Assembly: GCA_963693365.1 (NCBI GenBank)
Contig: CAVNZM010000006.1
Coordinates: 3,741,767-3,805,766, forward strand
Length of the DNA: 64,000 nucleotides
DNA from: Amoebidium appalachense
Taxonomy: Eukaryota; Protista; Ichthyosporea
Direction: 5' to 3'
Shown: positions 20,821-36,204 of the stretch, one piece after another
Layout of the letters: each line of letters begins with the position of its first letter
Numbering within the stretch: the stretch's first letter is position 1
Program-made: the position numbers and the translations under genes
The notes under the pieces: generated by a model
What the model saw: the letters and a program-made list of their open reading frames with translations, nothing else
What the model was told of the DNA's origin: nothing
Databases searched by the model: none

Positions 20821-22182
20821 TCTGTCTCTGTCTCTTTCTCCCTCTTCTCCTCCTCCCCCCCCCCCCCCCCCCCTCTCTGTCTCTGTCTCTTTCTCCCTCT
20901 TCTCCCTCCCTCCCCCCCCCCCCCTCCCCCTCTCTCGCCCCTTTCCCTCTCTCTAACTCTCTCTCTCTCTCTCTCTCTCTCCATCTTTCATTCACTCTCT
21001 CTTTCTTTCTCTATATATATATATCTCTCTCGGTCTCTTCCTCCCTCTCCCTCCCCCTCCTCTTCCCCCCTCCCCCTCCCTCCCCCCTCCCGCTCGCCTT
21101 TTCTCAGTGTTGGGCTCCATCAATGTACCTTTTCACCACCTTCCCGTATTCACTACCTCCCTGCTTTAACCCCAATGGACGGGTCTGCTCCGAGATTCCT
21201 GACTTCCCCACTCTTTGGGCTCAGCGGCTGCAGGACCGAAAGTTGGGTTCAGTGTGCATTTAGGTTGGTTGGGAGGGTTGTAGATTTGGGCAGGCAGAAG
21301 AAACGGAGGGATGAAAAAAGTAGAGCACGCTTTGTCAACACATATGTAACTTGCCCCCCCCCCCCCCCCCCCCCCCCCAACCCTTCTCACACATCACCCC
21401 CCCCCCTCCCCCCTTTTTTCAGGTACGGAACTGATGATCCAGGATGACTGGGACACGAAGGATGGCAACAGGGCTGTGTTTGCTACAAACGTGTTCGGCC
21501 ACTATCTGCTGGTATGGTTTCCTTTACCCTTCTCTGTTGGTATGATTTTCTATCCTATCTCTTGCTATAGCCTCCCCCCCCCCCCCCCCCCCCCCCCCCC
21601 CCTGCATGTATGTTGTATGTATGTCGTATTTGCTTGCCCCCCCTCCCCGCCAAAAAAAAAAAAAAAAAAAAAAAAAAAAGAAGAAGAAGAAGAAGAAGAA
21701 GAAGAGGCTCAACGAAGAAGAAGAAGCCCAACCTTGTAAGGAGGGCGGGGAGGGAGAGGGGGGGGGGGGGGGGGGCAGGTGTGAAAACTGATGGGGTAGA
21801 ACAGAAAGATACATATAGGTTGGAGGGAGGGCGGATGCTTTTGTATGCACACTCCCAAATCTCAAATAAACGCCTAAAACTAAAAATAATAACCTTCTCC
21901 CTATCTATTTTGTCGGGTTCTCTAAAAGCCATTTGTGGACATGATAATAGAATTCCATTACGTGATTGTGCTAAACTGGATCACCAATCAGATCCGAGAG
22001 CTCCAAGACAAGCTTGTCCAATCAAAAGGCCGGATCATCTGGACTGGGTCGAATGCTGGCCACTGCCACGATCTGGATCTCAGCGACATCCAGGATAGAG
22101 CAGGGTGTGTGTGTGTGTATCTGTGTGTGTGTGGGTGTGTGGGTGTGTAGGTGTGTGTGTGTGTGCGCGCGTGCGTGCGTGC

Positions 22183-22213
<31 letters not shown>

Positions 22214-22280
22214 CGCGCATGTATGCCTGTGTATGTGCCTGTGCCTGTGCCTGTGCCTGTTTTTTTCCTTTTTTCTTTTT

Positions 22281-22311
<31 letters not shown>

Positions 22312-22855
22312 CAGAGGGAGGTGCCGGCGTGCACCTGTGCACACGTGCATACACCTATGTGTGCAGATGTACATGGATGCCTATCAATCGTTCGTGGAGA
22401 GTAAACATGAGTGGTGTGTGCTGCTGGGTGGGTTTTGAGTAGGCAGGGGGGTGAGGTGGGGTGGGAGCTGGGATGGTCATGGTTGCATTGAGATGGGCAA
22501 GAACAGTGAGATAATTTTGTGATGTTGGTATGTGTGAAAATAACTGGATGGAGCCGGTAGGTGTGTGGGTGTGTGGGTGTGTGGGGAGGGGTGGGGGGAA
22601 GGAACATTAGCTTTGGGGGGGGAGGGGGGGGGGGAGAGATATGGGGATATATGCTTTTCCTACCGTTTCTACCAGTGAATCAACATGACAGAAAGCATGT
22701 AACACATGTGGCTTCCCAGAACCTGACCGTATCCAATCCTCCCCCCCCCCCCCCCCCCCCCTCCCCCCTCTCTTCCCCCCCCCCCCCCCCCCCCAAAAAA
22801 AAAAAAAACACACACACACACACACACGCACACACACGCACACGCACGCACACTT

Positions 22856-22894
<39 letters not shown>

Positions 22895-23185
22895 CACACA
22901 CACGCACACACACGCGCGCGCGCGCGCTTTTATCCCCCCTCCCCCCGACACACACACACACACACACTTACACACGTACACACGTACAGTGTCAACCCCT
23001 ACGGTCGCAGCAAGTATGCAGTAGATGTACTCTCGCAGTGTCTCAATGACCATTTAAACCCCCTCGGTGTCTACTCTTACACGTGCTGCCCCGGTCTGGT
23101 TGTGACTCAGATCTCACTGGCCCTACTCCCGTGGTGGGTGTGGATGGTTCTGATTTTTCCATTCCTCTGGTTGGTACGTTTCACT

Positions 23186-23230
<45 letters not shown>

Positions 23231-23592
23231 AAAAAAAAAAGGGGGGGGGGGGGGGGGGGGGGAAGGGGGGAGGGCTGGCTCGGAAAGCAAGCACGAAAGA
23301 AGTAATAGCTATGGTATGCCCTGCAATGGTTTCATTCACTTGTGTTTCTGCGCTCTTGCAATGTGTGCAAGCGCGAAATTGACCCACTATCATATATCCT
23401 TTATTGTTTTACGTTGTGGCATATCCCCAACCCCAACCCCCCACCCCACCCTACCCCAGCTCCCCCCCATTCTCCTCGAACCAAAAAAAAACAAGAACCA
23501 CTTTTACCACCGGACACACACACACACACACACACATGCACACATATACTAGCAACCATTTCCACCCGACACCACCTTCCCGTCGGATTAAA

Positions 23593-23624
<32 letters not shown>

Positions 23625-24254
23625 ATTACTGATGCTGTCTGGATATTGAATCTCAGGTTCGGCTGGTGTCCGCTGGGTTCTACACTTACTTCCCAGAGAA
23701 TGGAGCAGAGGGCCTGGTCTACCTGTCAGGTGTGTGTGTGTGTGTGTTGTGGGGGAAGGGGGGGGGGGGGGGGAGGGGGGGGGGGGGGGGGGGGGGGGAG
23801 GGGTGGTGGCCACGCTGATGTTTTTACTTTTTAATTGTGCTGAGTATGTGTAGTGCGTGTGTGTATCGTGTATGTGGATGTGCGTGCGTGTGCCTGGGTA
23901 TGCGAGTCTAGGATGTGTTTATATTTGTGCGCGTGTTAAACCATGCATGCAACTGACAACTAGCATCGGGCTTTGTTTACCATTGTATGCCTTTGCTGAT
24001 TTTGTCTTGCATACGCAAGTGAAGTACTATCGATGGTAGCATCGGTTATAATCTGGAAAAACTCATTGTTTTTCGTTTTTCTTTCTCGGTTACGAAGAAA
24101 ATCGACTAACATTAGAAACACAACCAGGACTGCCGGGCACAGGACATAAGGTCGACGGTAAAACCGAGCGGAGGAAGGACATTCCAAACCCCTACGTCAA
24201 ATACTTCAGGTAACAGAACCTCCCCCTCCCCGCGCCACCGCCGCCCCCTCCCCT

Positions 24255-24296
<42 letters not shown>

Positions 24297-25862
24297 TTCT
24301 CCCCCCCCGGGCACTTTTTTTACCTCCCCCCTCCTACCCTGTAATTCATTTGTCTCCGAAGAATAGACCTTAGTTCATTCATGAGCTGAATACCAGATAT
24401 GGTGTTTTGATGGCCTTAACTGTTGAATGTATCCATGTTGATGGTTTATGATGGGTTATGCACGGGCGCATGTGATGGTATGCGCATGTACAATCTGTAA
24501 GATTATCACTGGCACACTCCTTACCCCCCCTCTCTCTCCCACGCGGCCCGCTCGCCCGTCCACGCACCTACCCGTCACCCATCAAAGCAGCTTCTTTTTT
24601 TTTGCGCTTGGGCAAACACACACACAGGTATACTGACTGACACACACACACACACACACATAGGTATACTGACTGACACACACACAGGTATACTGACTGA
24701 CACACACACACACACACACACAGGTATACTGACTGACACACACACACACACACACACAGGTATACTGACTGACACACACACAGGTATACTGACTGACACA
24801 CACACACACACACGCACACACGTACACGTTTGCCTATGTGTACACCTACTGCCTGGTACTCCCCCACACACACACACGTACACACGCGCGCGTGCGCGCG
24901 CACACACACGTACACACACACGCACACGCACACGCACACACACACACACGCACACGCACACACACACAAACACACACACACACACACACAGTCGCACTAC
25001 ACCTCTCGGACAGCGTGTGGTGGTTGCAGGTGAGGTGCCGTGCACGAAGGAGGAAAAGGAAGGTCTGGTTGCTCAGTTAGACGCCATGGTGGAACAAGCA
25101 AGGAGAAAATAGACGGTGGGATGTGGGGTGCTATGAGTGTTTGCGGCCATTTATATGTAGTTTGGAATGCTGTATGAAGGTTCAATGTGGCTAACATAGA
25201 AACAGAAAAGGGCGAATGTATTAAAGTGTTAGTGAGACATACCTGTGCATGAATTGAAATGAGTGTGTATTTTCCTCGAAATGTTTAGGTCGAGAGGATG
25301 TGTGTCTGTAATGCGTTTTTTTTAGCAGGCTACTTTGACATGCTGTTGTGACTATCACAGTTCTGTTTAAGCCAGATACATAGCCATGTATGCAGCAGGT
25401 TTAATGTGGGATGGTGTGATCAGATGGTTCTATGTTTTATCCCTGTTATGGCGCTAGTATGTGAGGGACTGGTATAAACTCGTTGTGTGAGGTAGTAACT
25501 TACACACATGCAGTCACTGTTGTTCATTGATGAACCACAGCTGTTACATGCACGGTCATTCAATTTGACTTGGCAATGTAATGCAACGCGAACCACGTGT
25601 ACAGCCATGCTAGACTCACAGGCATGTCTACGTGCACGCTGTGACCAGGATTGCACACACACACGTCACAGCATATCCAAACACTGCATGTGCAGGTGCA
25701 CATGCACATAAATTCTACACACGCACGCATGCACACATGCACATGTGCATGCACACACGTCTAATACTCGCTCACACACGCACGCGTACGTGCACACAGT
25801 ACGACACATACATGTATACTGTACACACAAAAAGATACACACGCACATTGCCCCCACAAGGT

Positions 25863-25936
<74 letters not shown>

Positions 25937-26191
25937 CCCCCAATCGTAACAGTAAAAATGATTACTACCTTCACGTTTTCGGCCCACCCCGGATATTCAA
26001 TGCTGCTCTGCAGTATATGCTCCCTCACCCAACACGTGCACGATCGCGATGACACACGGTGACCTGTACATGTAGGATGTCCCTCCGCGGTACCGTTGGC
26101 AAAACACGGAGAGGAGAGTCTGATAGAGGCTTGCCGATGGTTAGCCAACGTGGCCCCCACGACCGATTTCAAACGTGCGCGTGGGCAATAA
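16788..26191 (+). CDS. HSD17B7: 3-keto-steroid reductase / 17-beta-hydroxysteroid dehydrogenase 7-like SDR (ERG27 family), 12 exons
   Basis: Exons 16788-16837, 17266-17332, 18052-18135, 19231-19295, 20661-20776, 21423-21511, 21992-22104, 22990-23173, 23657-23729, 24128-24209, 24992-25029, 26076-26191 are phase-consistent. Motifs: VLTGSNTGIG (Rossmann), [44 protein letters not shown], catalytic [29 protein letters not shown]. The last exon is the least certain. Confidence 0.9.
16838..17265 (+). other. U12-type AT-AC intron (428 nt)
   Basis: Starts ATATCC; branch site TCCTTAAC at 17248-17255 lies 10 nt before the terminal AC. Removing it rebuilds TGSNT-GIG in frame. Confidence 0.88.
24625..24800 (+). 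repeat. Six tandem units of (c/t)aggtatactgactga(ca)n within an HSD17B7 intron
   Basis: Units start at 24625, 24661, 24685, 24721, 24757 and 24781. Confidence 0.9.
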
Positions 26192-27935
26192 AAGAGCAGC
26201 ATCTAATTATACGGTACGTAGCAAGCAAAGGAAAACAATCACTGTCGCGGTGGCGCAGCCATGCATGGCCGGCGCAAGACAGAGGCTACTACATAAGTAT
26301 ATGTGTTCGCTCAGCTGCAAGGCCAACAGCTTCAGACGGCACCGGAATCTTTGCTAATAATAAAGGCCAGACCTCCTGCATGCTGGTGTTGTGGTGGCAT
26401 GCAGCCGACTCCGAGTACGTCGATGCATGACCGCGGTACGCATTCAGTGAATCTCAGTTTGAAACGGTGTCCTTGCCCTGAGGCAGCTGAGGCGGTCATC
26501 AAGATCTTGTGACACAACCAGCCTTGCAACTGCCATTGGGGCTAACATTACATATCAAGGCTGCAATGTGTCATGTATACATACTATAATTGTTTGCGGT
26601 TGGCTTATGTACTGCATGTGTGCTTCGCATGCGCCTCAGTGCACGCCACTTCCGGACCACGTGCTGGTATGTTTGTGTATGATGAATCTATCAATGCACG
26701 CTCGGGGATCTCCCGCATTCCACGGATTGCAAATTTTGGGGGATTTAATCGTGAACTGCAAATTATGATTTCGACATCACGTAGTCAAATCATGATGCCG
26801 CAATAATATGCACCTGTACACACACTATTTTCTCGAATAATTAATTTTTTTATAGAATACATGTTATATGCGTGTTGGTATAATATAGCCTTGATTATGC
26901 AGCTCTCTATTGAAGTTGTTGATTCGAAATACTCGAGACTCGAATAAACTCTAAAGTAAAATTTCATCAATAAATAAAGTCCCCCAAACTAGGCTGATTC
27001 GTCCGGCTCGGGTTTTGATTGGTCCGCATAGATGATTGGATAAGAACGCATCGTTGCAAGCTCATTCAGGGCCTTGTCGGAACGTAAATAAACGCACTGC
27101 CAGTCACTCTGCCCTTCATAGTTTTTTATGGAGGTGTGGAAAAAACATAGTTATTTTGGCAGCTAACATATTGATATCCAATCATGCTTTTTTGCCTCGA
27201 ATAAAAATCTCGATAATAGAATGCCAAAACATACGGTAGCTACGCAGGCAAGGTAAACAACAATATAAGAAATTGTTGTTAGGCCTAGGGTGTGAGCTGT
27301 GCTCTTCACTGAGCTGCAGCTGTGCTCTTCACCGGATCCGATGAGCGTGCAGACTCTGCAGAGCATATGCACGGCTTTAGGACCAAGCAAATACACACAT
27401 CTGAAGTTCTAATCAGAACGCCTATGCCCATAAAATCCACTGATACGTCCGAGTAGGTATGTACCGTACCTTGCACACAAACAACCAAATTCACAACGGA
27501 AGCCAAATATGATAGCCACATGTGTGCTGATGATCGGTTCCACACTGCACATTCTCATGTAGTACAAAGCAAAGACAGGCTTAGCACAAGAAAAGAAAAC
27601 TGTAGTAGTGGTGGTCGCCAGCTGATACTCTCAAGGTGGTATTCGCGCAAACAAGTTAAACTCTTTGAATTCAAAGAACTATTGTTCAGTTTCCATGCTT
27701 ATTTTTACATGCGCAGTTACTGTAGCTGTAATGCTGGCCTGAATCACGGCAGGAATATTGATACATAATACATTTTAGTAAAGTTACACTGTATGATGTA
27801 TTTCTATATGCAGCTGTCCTCAATAGCAAATCTGTTCCGGTGAACACATGCTGCACTTCATTCACGGCATTTCACTCAACCCTCGTTTTACTTCAAGGTG
27901 CTCTGCATGGCTCCCATGCGACCACTTTCTAGAAA

Positions 27936-30019
27936 ATGGTGGCCCCGATCGCCTTCATCTCTTCATGTTTCATCCTTTTTACCTGTTTTACCCGCGCGTT
28001 TTCCTATGGGCAGGTAGTAGTTACATCTACCAACACCACAACAGTTACAACTCTTCAACTTTCAACCATCCGCACGTTTGCATCGACGTTCAAGACAACC
28101 GACACACTGGGAGCAACGGTGACCACAACAGAACATTTCGTGGATTTAACCCAAGTGCCTGCTATTTTGACACGAACAGTAACTGGAACTTTCACACTTA
28201 CCCAAGTTTCTTCATCTTCACCGACACCCGTTAGTAGGGTAACTAGTACTACTACACCACAGGCGTCACAACAAACATATGAAACCACGACATACACCTC
28301 GTATTTTACTTCAACGTTTACGCAAATGAACTATTTCAGTCAGCTTACTACAATAAGCGAGCCGTGGGCAACAATAGTCACATCTTCATTTCCAATCACT
28401 GCGTCAACCACTAGTAGTACTAGCGTTCCTACACCCATTGTACTCACGTTTACAACTTCATACGAAACTAGTTTTTTTTACAGCTCAACAAAAATCACAA
28501 CAAATTGGTTGAACAAGTTGACCACCATCTATGAACCTATGGGTGCCTACTTCTACACAACACGCACATACACTACCACCATTGGATATGTTACACCCAC
28601 ACAAGCAGTCTCGACACCTGGTCCACCAAGCACACATGTACAAGCAAACACAACACCCACGTCAACCATTCAGCCGATTGCCTCTTCACCAACAACAATC
28701 GTAACTTCTTCTTCATCCATTACATTCACCTCGGTAATAACATCAACGGTGCCATTACCAAACACAATCATCACTGAAACTACAGCCACATACTTAACAA
28801 TAACCAGCAGTTCGTCCGCACCTACCTCTACATCTTCCACCCTACAGATGACCACTACATCCACATCTACACAGAAAACAACAGAAATTTCGTCAAACAA
28901 GCTGGCAGAAAGTACATACACCGTGTTAACCACCATCGCAACACAAGCCACCACTACCGCGGTATCCATACCCACACAAACCACGAACTCCGAGTTCAGC
29001 GGCACTGGAACCGGTTCCGCAGGCACAGTTACTTCTGTAGGCAGCGAGTTTTTGGTTTGGTATCTCACTAACGAGAGTGCTATTGTTTCAAGCACCGAAA
29101 ACACTCAGCTCATGACGACAGATACCTTGCAGCAGCTTATTGGCAGTGCAAAAGGTAGCTCCGAGCAGGGTGGTAATCAGTATGGGGCAGAATCAACAAG
29201 CGGCGTCGTTGTGGAATTCATGAATACCGCCACAGTTTCAGAAATTCAATCTACGATAAGCGGGGACGGCCGTGCAAGAGAAACTGTAGTAGGCACCGAC
29301 AACACGCAATCTACGGAAAGCACGGTGGTTGAATCGGTTGCAACTGAAACCGTCAAATCTACCGTTGGCTCGGGAAGCACAGTAATTTCTACCCAATCAG
29401 ACACGGAAACTGTTTTACCGAGTGACAAAGGCCCAACCACTGCCAATGACAGCGCAGACACGGGTACCATCGAAAGTATGACTGGGCTTGTGACCGCGAC
29501 CCAATCAGATCCAAGCTTTATATCCCCTACGACCACTACAACCACAAGTGCGGGAAGCACAGTCCTTCTCAGCCAATCACAAGAAGGCGCTAACTTGCCT
29601 GAGAATGAGGGTACACCCACAGCCACCAGCGACACTGGCCATGTGATTCCCACCCAATCAGAACACAGCATTAGCTCTACACCCACTACCATTTCTTTTG
29701 GTGCAGACCTCGGTCCGGCAGAGAGCAGGACCGCAGATGTGACTTCTAGCCAATCAAATCCAATGCCCACAACGACCCAAACGACCAATACGCAGAGTAG
29801 GTTTGGTTGTGCGGACCCATTGCATACCTCACTCACTGATCATGACTTTGTATCCACGCTCCACCAGTCACCTCAACCGCCAGACAGAATCTGTGCTGAG
29901 AAACTCTTTACCATTATGCCCTCCAAACTCTTTACCATTATGCCCTCCAAATTTCGACCCCTCCCCCCACCCCCTCCCCCCGCCCCTACCCTACCCCATC
30001 CTCTTTCCAGCCAATACAG

Positions 30020-30053
<34 letters not shown>

Positions 30054-30567
30054 TCCCTGCCCCTCCTCCCCTTGCCAACCCTGAACCAAGTGGGCGAAAA
30101 TGGGCTGCTCAGTTTTGTGTCTGGGCTAAGAACCAAATTAGGTTAAATTACAAATTTATCTTACTTTTGATCGGATGCTGCGGAAACAGGGGTTCATATG
30201 ATTGGTCAGAATGTCACGTGGGCTGGTATGGAACATTTTCCGCCGACCTTTGAAATTGCCATTGGAAACAATGTCGTCATCGGTAAGAAATTCCCTCCCT
30301 GCACACAGCATGTATTCCACTATAGGGTGCAACTCTATTCTCTCCCTCCAATAATCACCCCCCTTTTCCAGGTTCTCCTAGGGTCTCTGTAAGGCCCTCC
30401 CCCGCTCCCCCCACCACTCCCCCCCTTCCAATAAAAAAACCCCCCAAACCTCACCCCTCAACTAACCCACACACAAATTTCTTCCCTTCCATCCCATCTC
30501 CGCACCTTCCCTCGACCTTATCTCCTCATCTGTTGCATTCATCCACTCCTTCAACCACCCTTACCCC

Positions 30568-30618
<51 letters not shown>

Positions 30619-31528
30619 CCCGCCCGCCCGCCCCCCTACCCCTCCCCTGCCCCTTCCCCCGCCCGCCCCTCCCTCCTCCATCCACCCCCATATGCCCACC
30701 TCCACCCTATTCCCTTCAAGCCCTCACCACAAATCTTCCGAATACCTGCCCTTGGCCCCGTGCCTCTGTTTGCTCAACGTACGCCTCAAAGCCACTCCAG
30801 TTAGAGAAATCTCTTGAGTTCTAATCGTCGTTTTTTCAAAGCCCCTGGTGACCAAAGTTCACCACTCTTTGACGTAAACATTTCCAACACAAAGTATTCG
30901 CACCCCTCCCTCCCCCCTCCCCCTTTTGCCCTGGCTCCCCTGCCCCCCTCCCTCCCCCCTCCTTCCTCCGCAGCTATCTTCCCCCCCCCCCCCCCCCCCC
31001 TCCCGTCCATGCCCGAATTCGCTGTGAATTCGAACCATGTGGGATAAGCACCTAGCCCACGTGTATCAAGAGTATTCATGGCTACCTCTACGCTCTCTCT
31101 GAGTGTGGTTAAAATCATAGTAGCGGGGAAGCAAACCTCTCTTACACAATTTACTGACAAATAAATCAACAGCCGCAGATGCCAAATTAGGAAATTGTGT
31201 GAGCGTTGGCCACGACACGACGATAGCCTCAAACGTGTCGGTGCAGGAGGGGGTTGTGATTGGTGCAAGTGTTACCATAAATGGAAATGTGGTTCTGGCC
31301 CCAGGTAGTGTGATTGCAGATCATGTGGTGATTGGGAGTTCCAGCATTCTGGAAAACGTAGAGGTAAAGAGTCGCACAAAAACACACGGACACACATGCA
31401 CACACACACACAAACACAATCACACACTCACACATGCACGCGCGCTCGTGCACGCACACACGTGAGCGCACGCACACACGCGCGCGCGCACACACACACA
31501 CACATACACACACAGACAAAAACACATA

Positions 31529-31608
<80 letters not shown>

Positions 31609-31746
31609 AGTGCAAGCACGCGCGCACACACACAGACACACACGTGTGTGCACACACACAGGCACACGCGTGCGTGCACAAACACACACACAAACACACA
31701 CACAAATAAACACACACACACACACAACACACACAACATACGCACA

Positions 31747-31821
<75 letters not shown>

Positions 31822-31884
31822 ATACACACAGAGTTTCCCCCTCCCGGCCCCCTCTCCTTCCCCATTCCAACAACCCTCCAGCCC

Positions 31885-31920
<36 letters not shown>

Positions 31921-33757
31921 CCCTCCATCCCCCCGCCCCCCCCAGGCACTCACACACACACGTCCCCTCGACTAGATATTTCACCTCACCTTCACCTGTC
32001 GCTCAATTCAGTTTCACTACGACCCCAACCTTTTGCCCCCTTCCACTCCTACTCCAGTCCATCAGCTAGGCTGTACCCTCCCTGCCCCACCCAATCTCCC
32101 TCCCACCCCACCACCCATCCCTAGTGACATCAATAACCCCTTCACCCCCCCCCCCTCCTCCCCCCCCCCTTCACCCCACCCATATCCACGAGTCACCCTA
32201 TCGTCATTCATCTGTCGTCACCCCCCTCCCCCCTCCCCCCTTCCCCCTCCTATGTCCCCTTTTGATCCCCTGTGAATCCGGTATCCCCCCTGTGTCCTCC
32301 CCTACTTCTCCCCACCTCCAATATCTTTCATTTCTCCTTATGTATACTCACCACTTCCTCCGAACTGGGCAGTGGCAATGTGTCTCAAGTAGAGGTTGAT
32401 GTGCCAATTATGTTTATACCTCCCCCTCCCCCCCCCCCCCCCCCCCCCCCCCCGTGTCACCCCCCCGCGTCCTCCCGCCTTCCCTGCCCTTCTCACAGGG
32501 CACACTTACACTAAATTATTTTCTCTTTCTCCCCTCCTCCCCTTCCACCCCTCTTGTTGTGTTTGTTTGTTGAACTTCGCCCCCCTCCCCCCCTACCCCC
32601 CCCCCCCCCCCCCCCCCGATGCACACAAACACACCAAAAAAAAAATCCCATTCCCCCATTCGGGCCTCGCCTCCCCCCTCTCCCCTCCCCCCCCTGATCC
32701 GCCCCCACCCCCCTTCCCTCGCCTCCCCCCAAAGACACACACGCACACACACACACACACACAGCACACACACACAATATCTTCCCCCTTCCATCATCCC
32801 TCCTCTCCCTGGTATTATGGGACAATATTTGCCCTTTTCCATGAATCTCCCCTTTCTGCTGACACTCACCCTTCAATTCTGTGTTCTCTCACCTTCCCGG
32901 CTTATTTCACAGGTAAAGAGATCTGTTCAGATCGGAGCTGGATCGGTCTTATCGGATGCTGTGATTGGTGCCGGGGCCAAGATCGGGAGCAACACACTAA
33001 TCCTAAAGTCTAAAAATAGAAGGTATGCGCCCCATGCTGATCACATCCAACATTCACCCCCCTGTCATTTCCTTGGACTCTAGCTTTTGCATTATGCTCT
33101 GCCCATTCTCAGGCAATTACTATCCTTATTAAATCCCCCCCTCCTCCCCCAACCCCCCATCCTTCACTTCTACCCCCCTTGCCCCTCCCCACGAACCCCG
33201 CAATCCCATTCAATCCCTCGTTGCTCTCATGATAAGGTTTCTTTCCCCACACCATTATCCTTGGATTCCTCCTACTACTCCGTCCTACCCCGTCCCCTTT
33301 TCCGACTTTCTCCCCTCCCCCCCCCCCCCCCCTCCCCCCCCCTCCCCCCTCCCCTCCCCCCACCTGCCTCAGGCCCCAGCCTGCCTCACTACGTTCAAGA
33401 TCACACCAAGTCAAATCCACTTTCCTCCCGATTCCCGATGTGGCCCTGCCATCCCCTCAACCCCCCCCTCCCCCCCACTTCCCCCCCCCCCGGCCAATGA
33501 CCTATAGGTCAATACACAACACACGAACAGACACGCACACAACTTGAACCCTGCTTCCTTAGATTCCTCCCCGGTTCCCCTTCCCCCCTCCCCCGTCCCC
33601 TCTTTCCTTTCACCCTAACGCCCCACATACATACACAGCCACCCACACACGAACATACACACACACACACACAAGCACACACACACACACCCACGTGCGC
33701 ACGCCCATATGCACACGCAAACACGCGCGCATGCCTCCCCCCCCCCCCCCCAAAAAA

Positions 33758-33788
<31 letters not shown>

Positions 33789-34338
33789 CACACACAGGAG
33801 GGTAGCCGTCCGTCTCAAGCGCACATCCATCGGGGAAAATGCAGATATCGGAGGTAGGCAATCTCTAACCATATTCAGCAGCCCCTCCTCCCCTCCCTCC
33901 TCCCCCTCCGTCCCCCCTTCCCCCCCTTCCTCATTCTCACTCCTTCTCACGCCCTCCCCCTCCCCACCCCCCCCCTCTTCCCTTCCCCCTCTCCCCCCCT
34001 GGCGGTTTTCTTACCCATCTAACCCCCTCATTCTGGATATACGCTATACACGCCCCCTCCTCCACCCCCACCACCTTAAGACACCTCGTGCTGACCCATC
34101 CCTTCACTCCCTCTTCATGCCCACATCCCCCCCTCTTTCCCCCTTGCCCCCCCCCCCCCCCCCCCCCCCCTCCTACATTGCTAATCTACCCACTCCACAA
34201 GTCTCTTTGCTCCATCCACTTACTTGCCCTTACCACCCTTACATTCCAACCATCACAAACCCTCCTGAATTTCCTCCTAGTGGCCACATCTAATTCATTC
34301 ATGCATGTATTGCCACTTGCCATTGAAGTGTTACCTCT

Positions 34339-34380
<42 letters not shown>

Positions 34381-34596
34381 CCCCTCCCCCTTCCTCAAAA
34401 AAAAAAAAAAAAAAAAAAAAAAACCTCACATACACAAGAAAATACTCCTCTGGTCCTGATTTCCCGATAAAACTGGAAGAAGAATCACGGGCGCCGTTGT
34501 GAGATTCAACCAATACCTCTTTATCGTCTTACGTGTGTGTGCATTTTGTTCCCTCCCTCCCCCCCCCCTCCCCCTCCCCCCTCTCGACCGTACAAA

Positions 34597-34639
<43 letters not shown>

Positions 34640-35006
34640 CGGCCCCACTCTACCACCACTTTCATCATCTTGCAGCATATGAAACCTTACCTAGATATGT
34701 TTGCTCTCAGACGGCACGACCCTGTGTTCTGGCTTTGTAAGTGGTCGGGATCTTATACTCGGACGGAACAATCTTATTGCCTGCGTGAACTCAACCTTAG
34801 TGAGAGACTGCGTCACCATCGGAGGTGTGCGCCCCTTCCGCCGCCCCCTCCTCCGCACCCCCCTCCCCCTCTCACCTCTCTTTTTGCCCCCCTCATCCTC
34901 CCGCCTCCTCAATTCCCCCATTCACCCCCTCCCCACTCAACCCCTATCTCCCTGTCCCCTGCCCGCCCCCCGCCCCCCTCCCCCCCCTCCCCCCCTCCCC
35001 CCCCTC

Positions 35007-35045
<39 letters not shown>

Positions 35046-36173
35046 CCCTCCCCCCCCCGCCTTCCCTTTCGGTAGAATGAATACGACACACACCGAACTG
35101 CCCGCCGTGGTAAAAGTGTGTTTGATTGTTATAGTAAGCCCCTCTCTTCCCAATAACTTGATCTAACTCCTCAAGCCCTCTCTCCTCCTATTCAAATCCC
35201 TCCCCCTCTCTCCCCCCTCTCCCCCCCCCTCTCCCCCCCCCCCCTCTCGCCCCCCGCACACAAACACACTCACACATCTTTGCCACGAGGGTTTTTTAAC
35301 CCACTTTGTACAAACTTGCTGGTGTCCGGTACCAGTTCCATTGTCACCCAGGGAAGGGGGGAGGGGGGGGGGGGGGGGGGGGGGGGGGGAAGGGAATGAT
35401 ATGGGTGGTTGGGAGGGGGGGGGGTGGGGGAGTGGGAACAACGGGGAGGAAGCCGTGGAGGAGAGGGGCCGGATGGGGGGAGGGGGGAGGGGGGAGGGCA
35501 TTAATGAGGCGGAGAGGGAGGAGGGGGGAGGGGGGAGGGGAAGGGGGGTAGTGGGGAGTATACGAATAAAAGGCTGGCTTGAACTATGATGGGTGATTCT
35601 ATAAAATGAGGATCAGAATAATGGGGTAGCCCGAAGGTTGTCAAAGAGAGATAATGGCTGGTTCGTGTGTTTGGAAAAAAGCAGAGCGGAAGCTTGTGGC
35701 CATTAAGGGATTGTGATTGGCTCGTACTGACCAATCAAATTGACTATCCACATGCAAACGGTAGATGCAAATACGTTTCGGGTGGATGGACGGGTAGACA
35801 GCAGTGCAAAAATCGGCAGCAACAACCAGGTAATGCCCCCCTTCCCCCTTCCCCCCCCCCCCCCCCCCCCCCTCCCCCCCCCCCCCCCCACTCACCCCCC
35901 TCCCCCTCCCCCTCCCCCTCCTTCCCCCCCTTCCCCCCCCCCCCCCCCCCCCAAAAAAAAAAAAAAAAAAAAAAAAAACGAGGGGAAGGAAACCACACAT
36001 ACTGCTCCCTCTCCATTTAGTAACGTCCCTATGCAAATTCAGTGTGCTTGTTTGGTTTAAAATTCATACCGTCTTGTCTTATGGGGTGTGCTTTTGCCAC
36101 CGAATTTGAGCCCCCCCCCCCCCCCCGGCCCCCCCTCCCCCCGCCCCCCCCCCTTCCCCCCCCCCCCCCCCTC

Positions 36174-36204
<31 letters not shown>

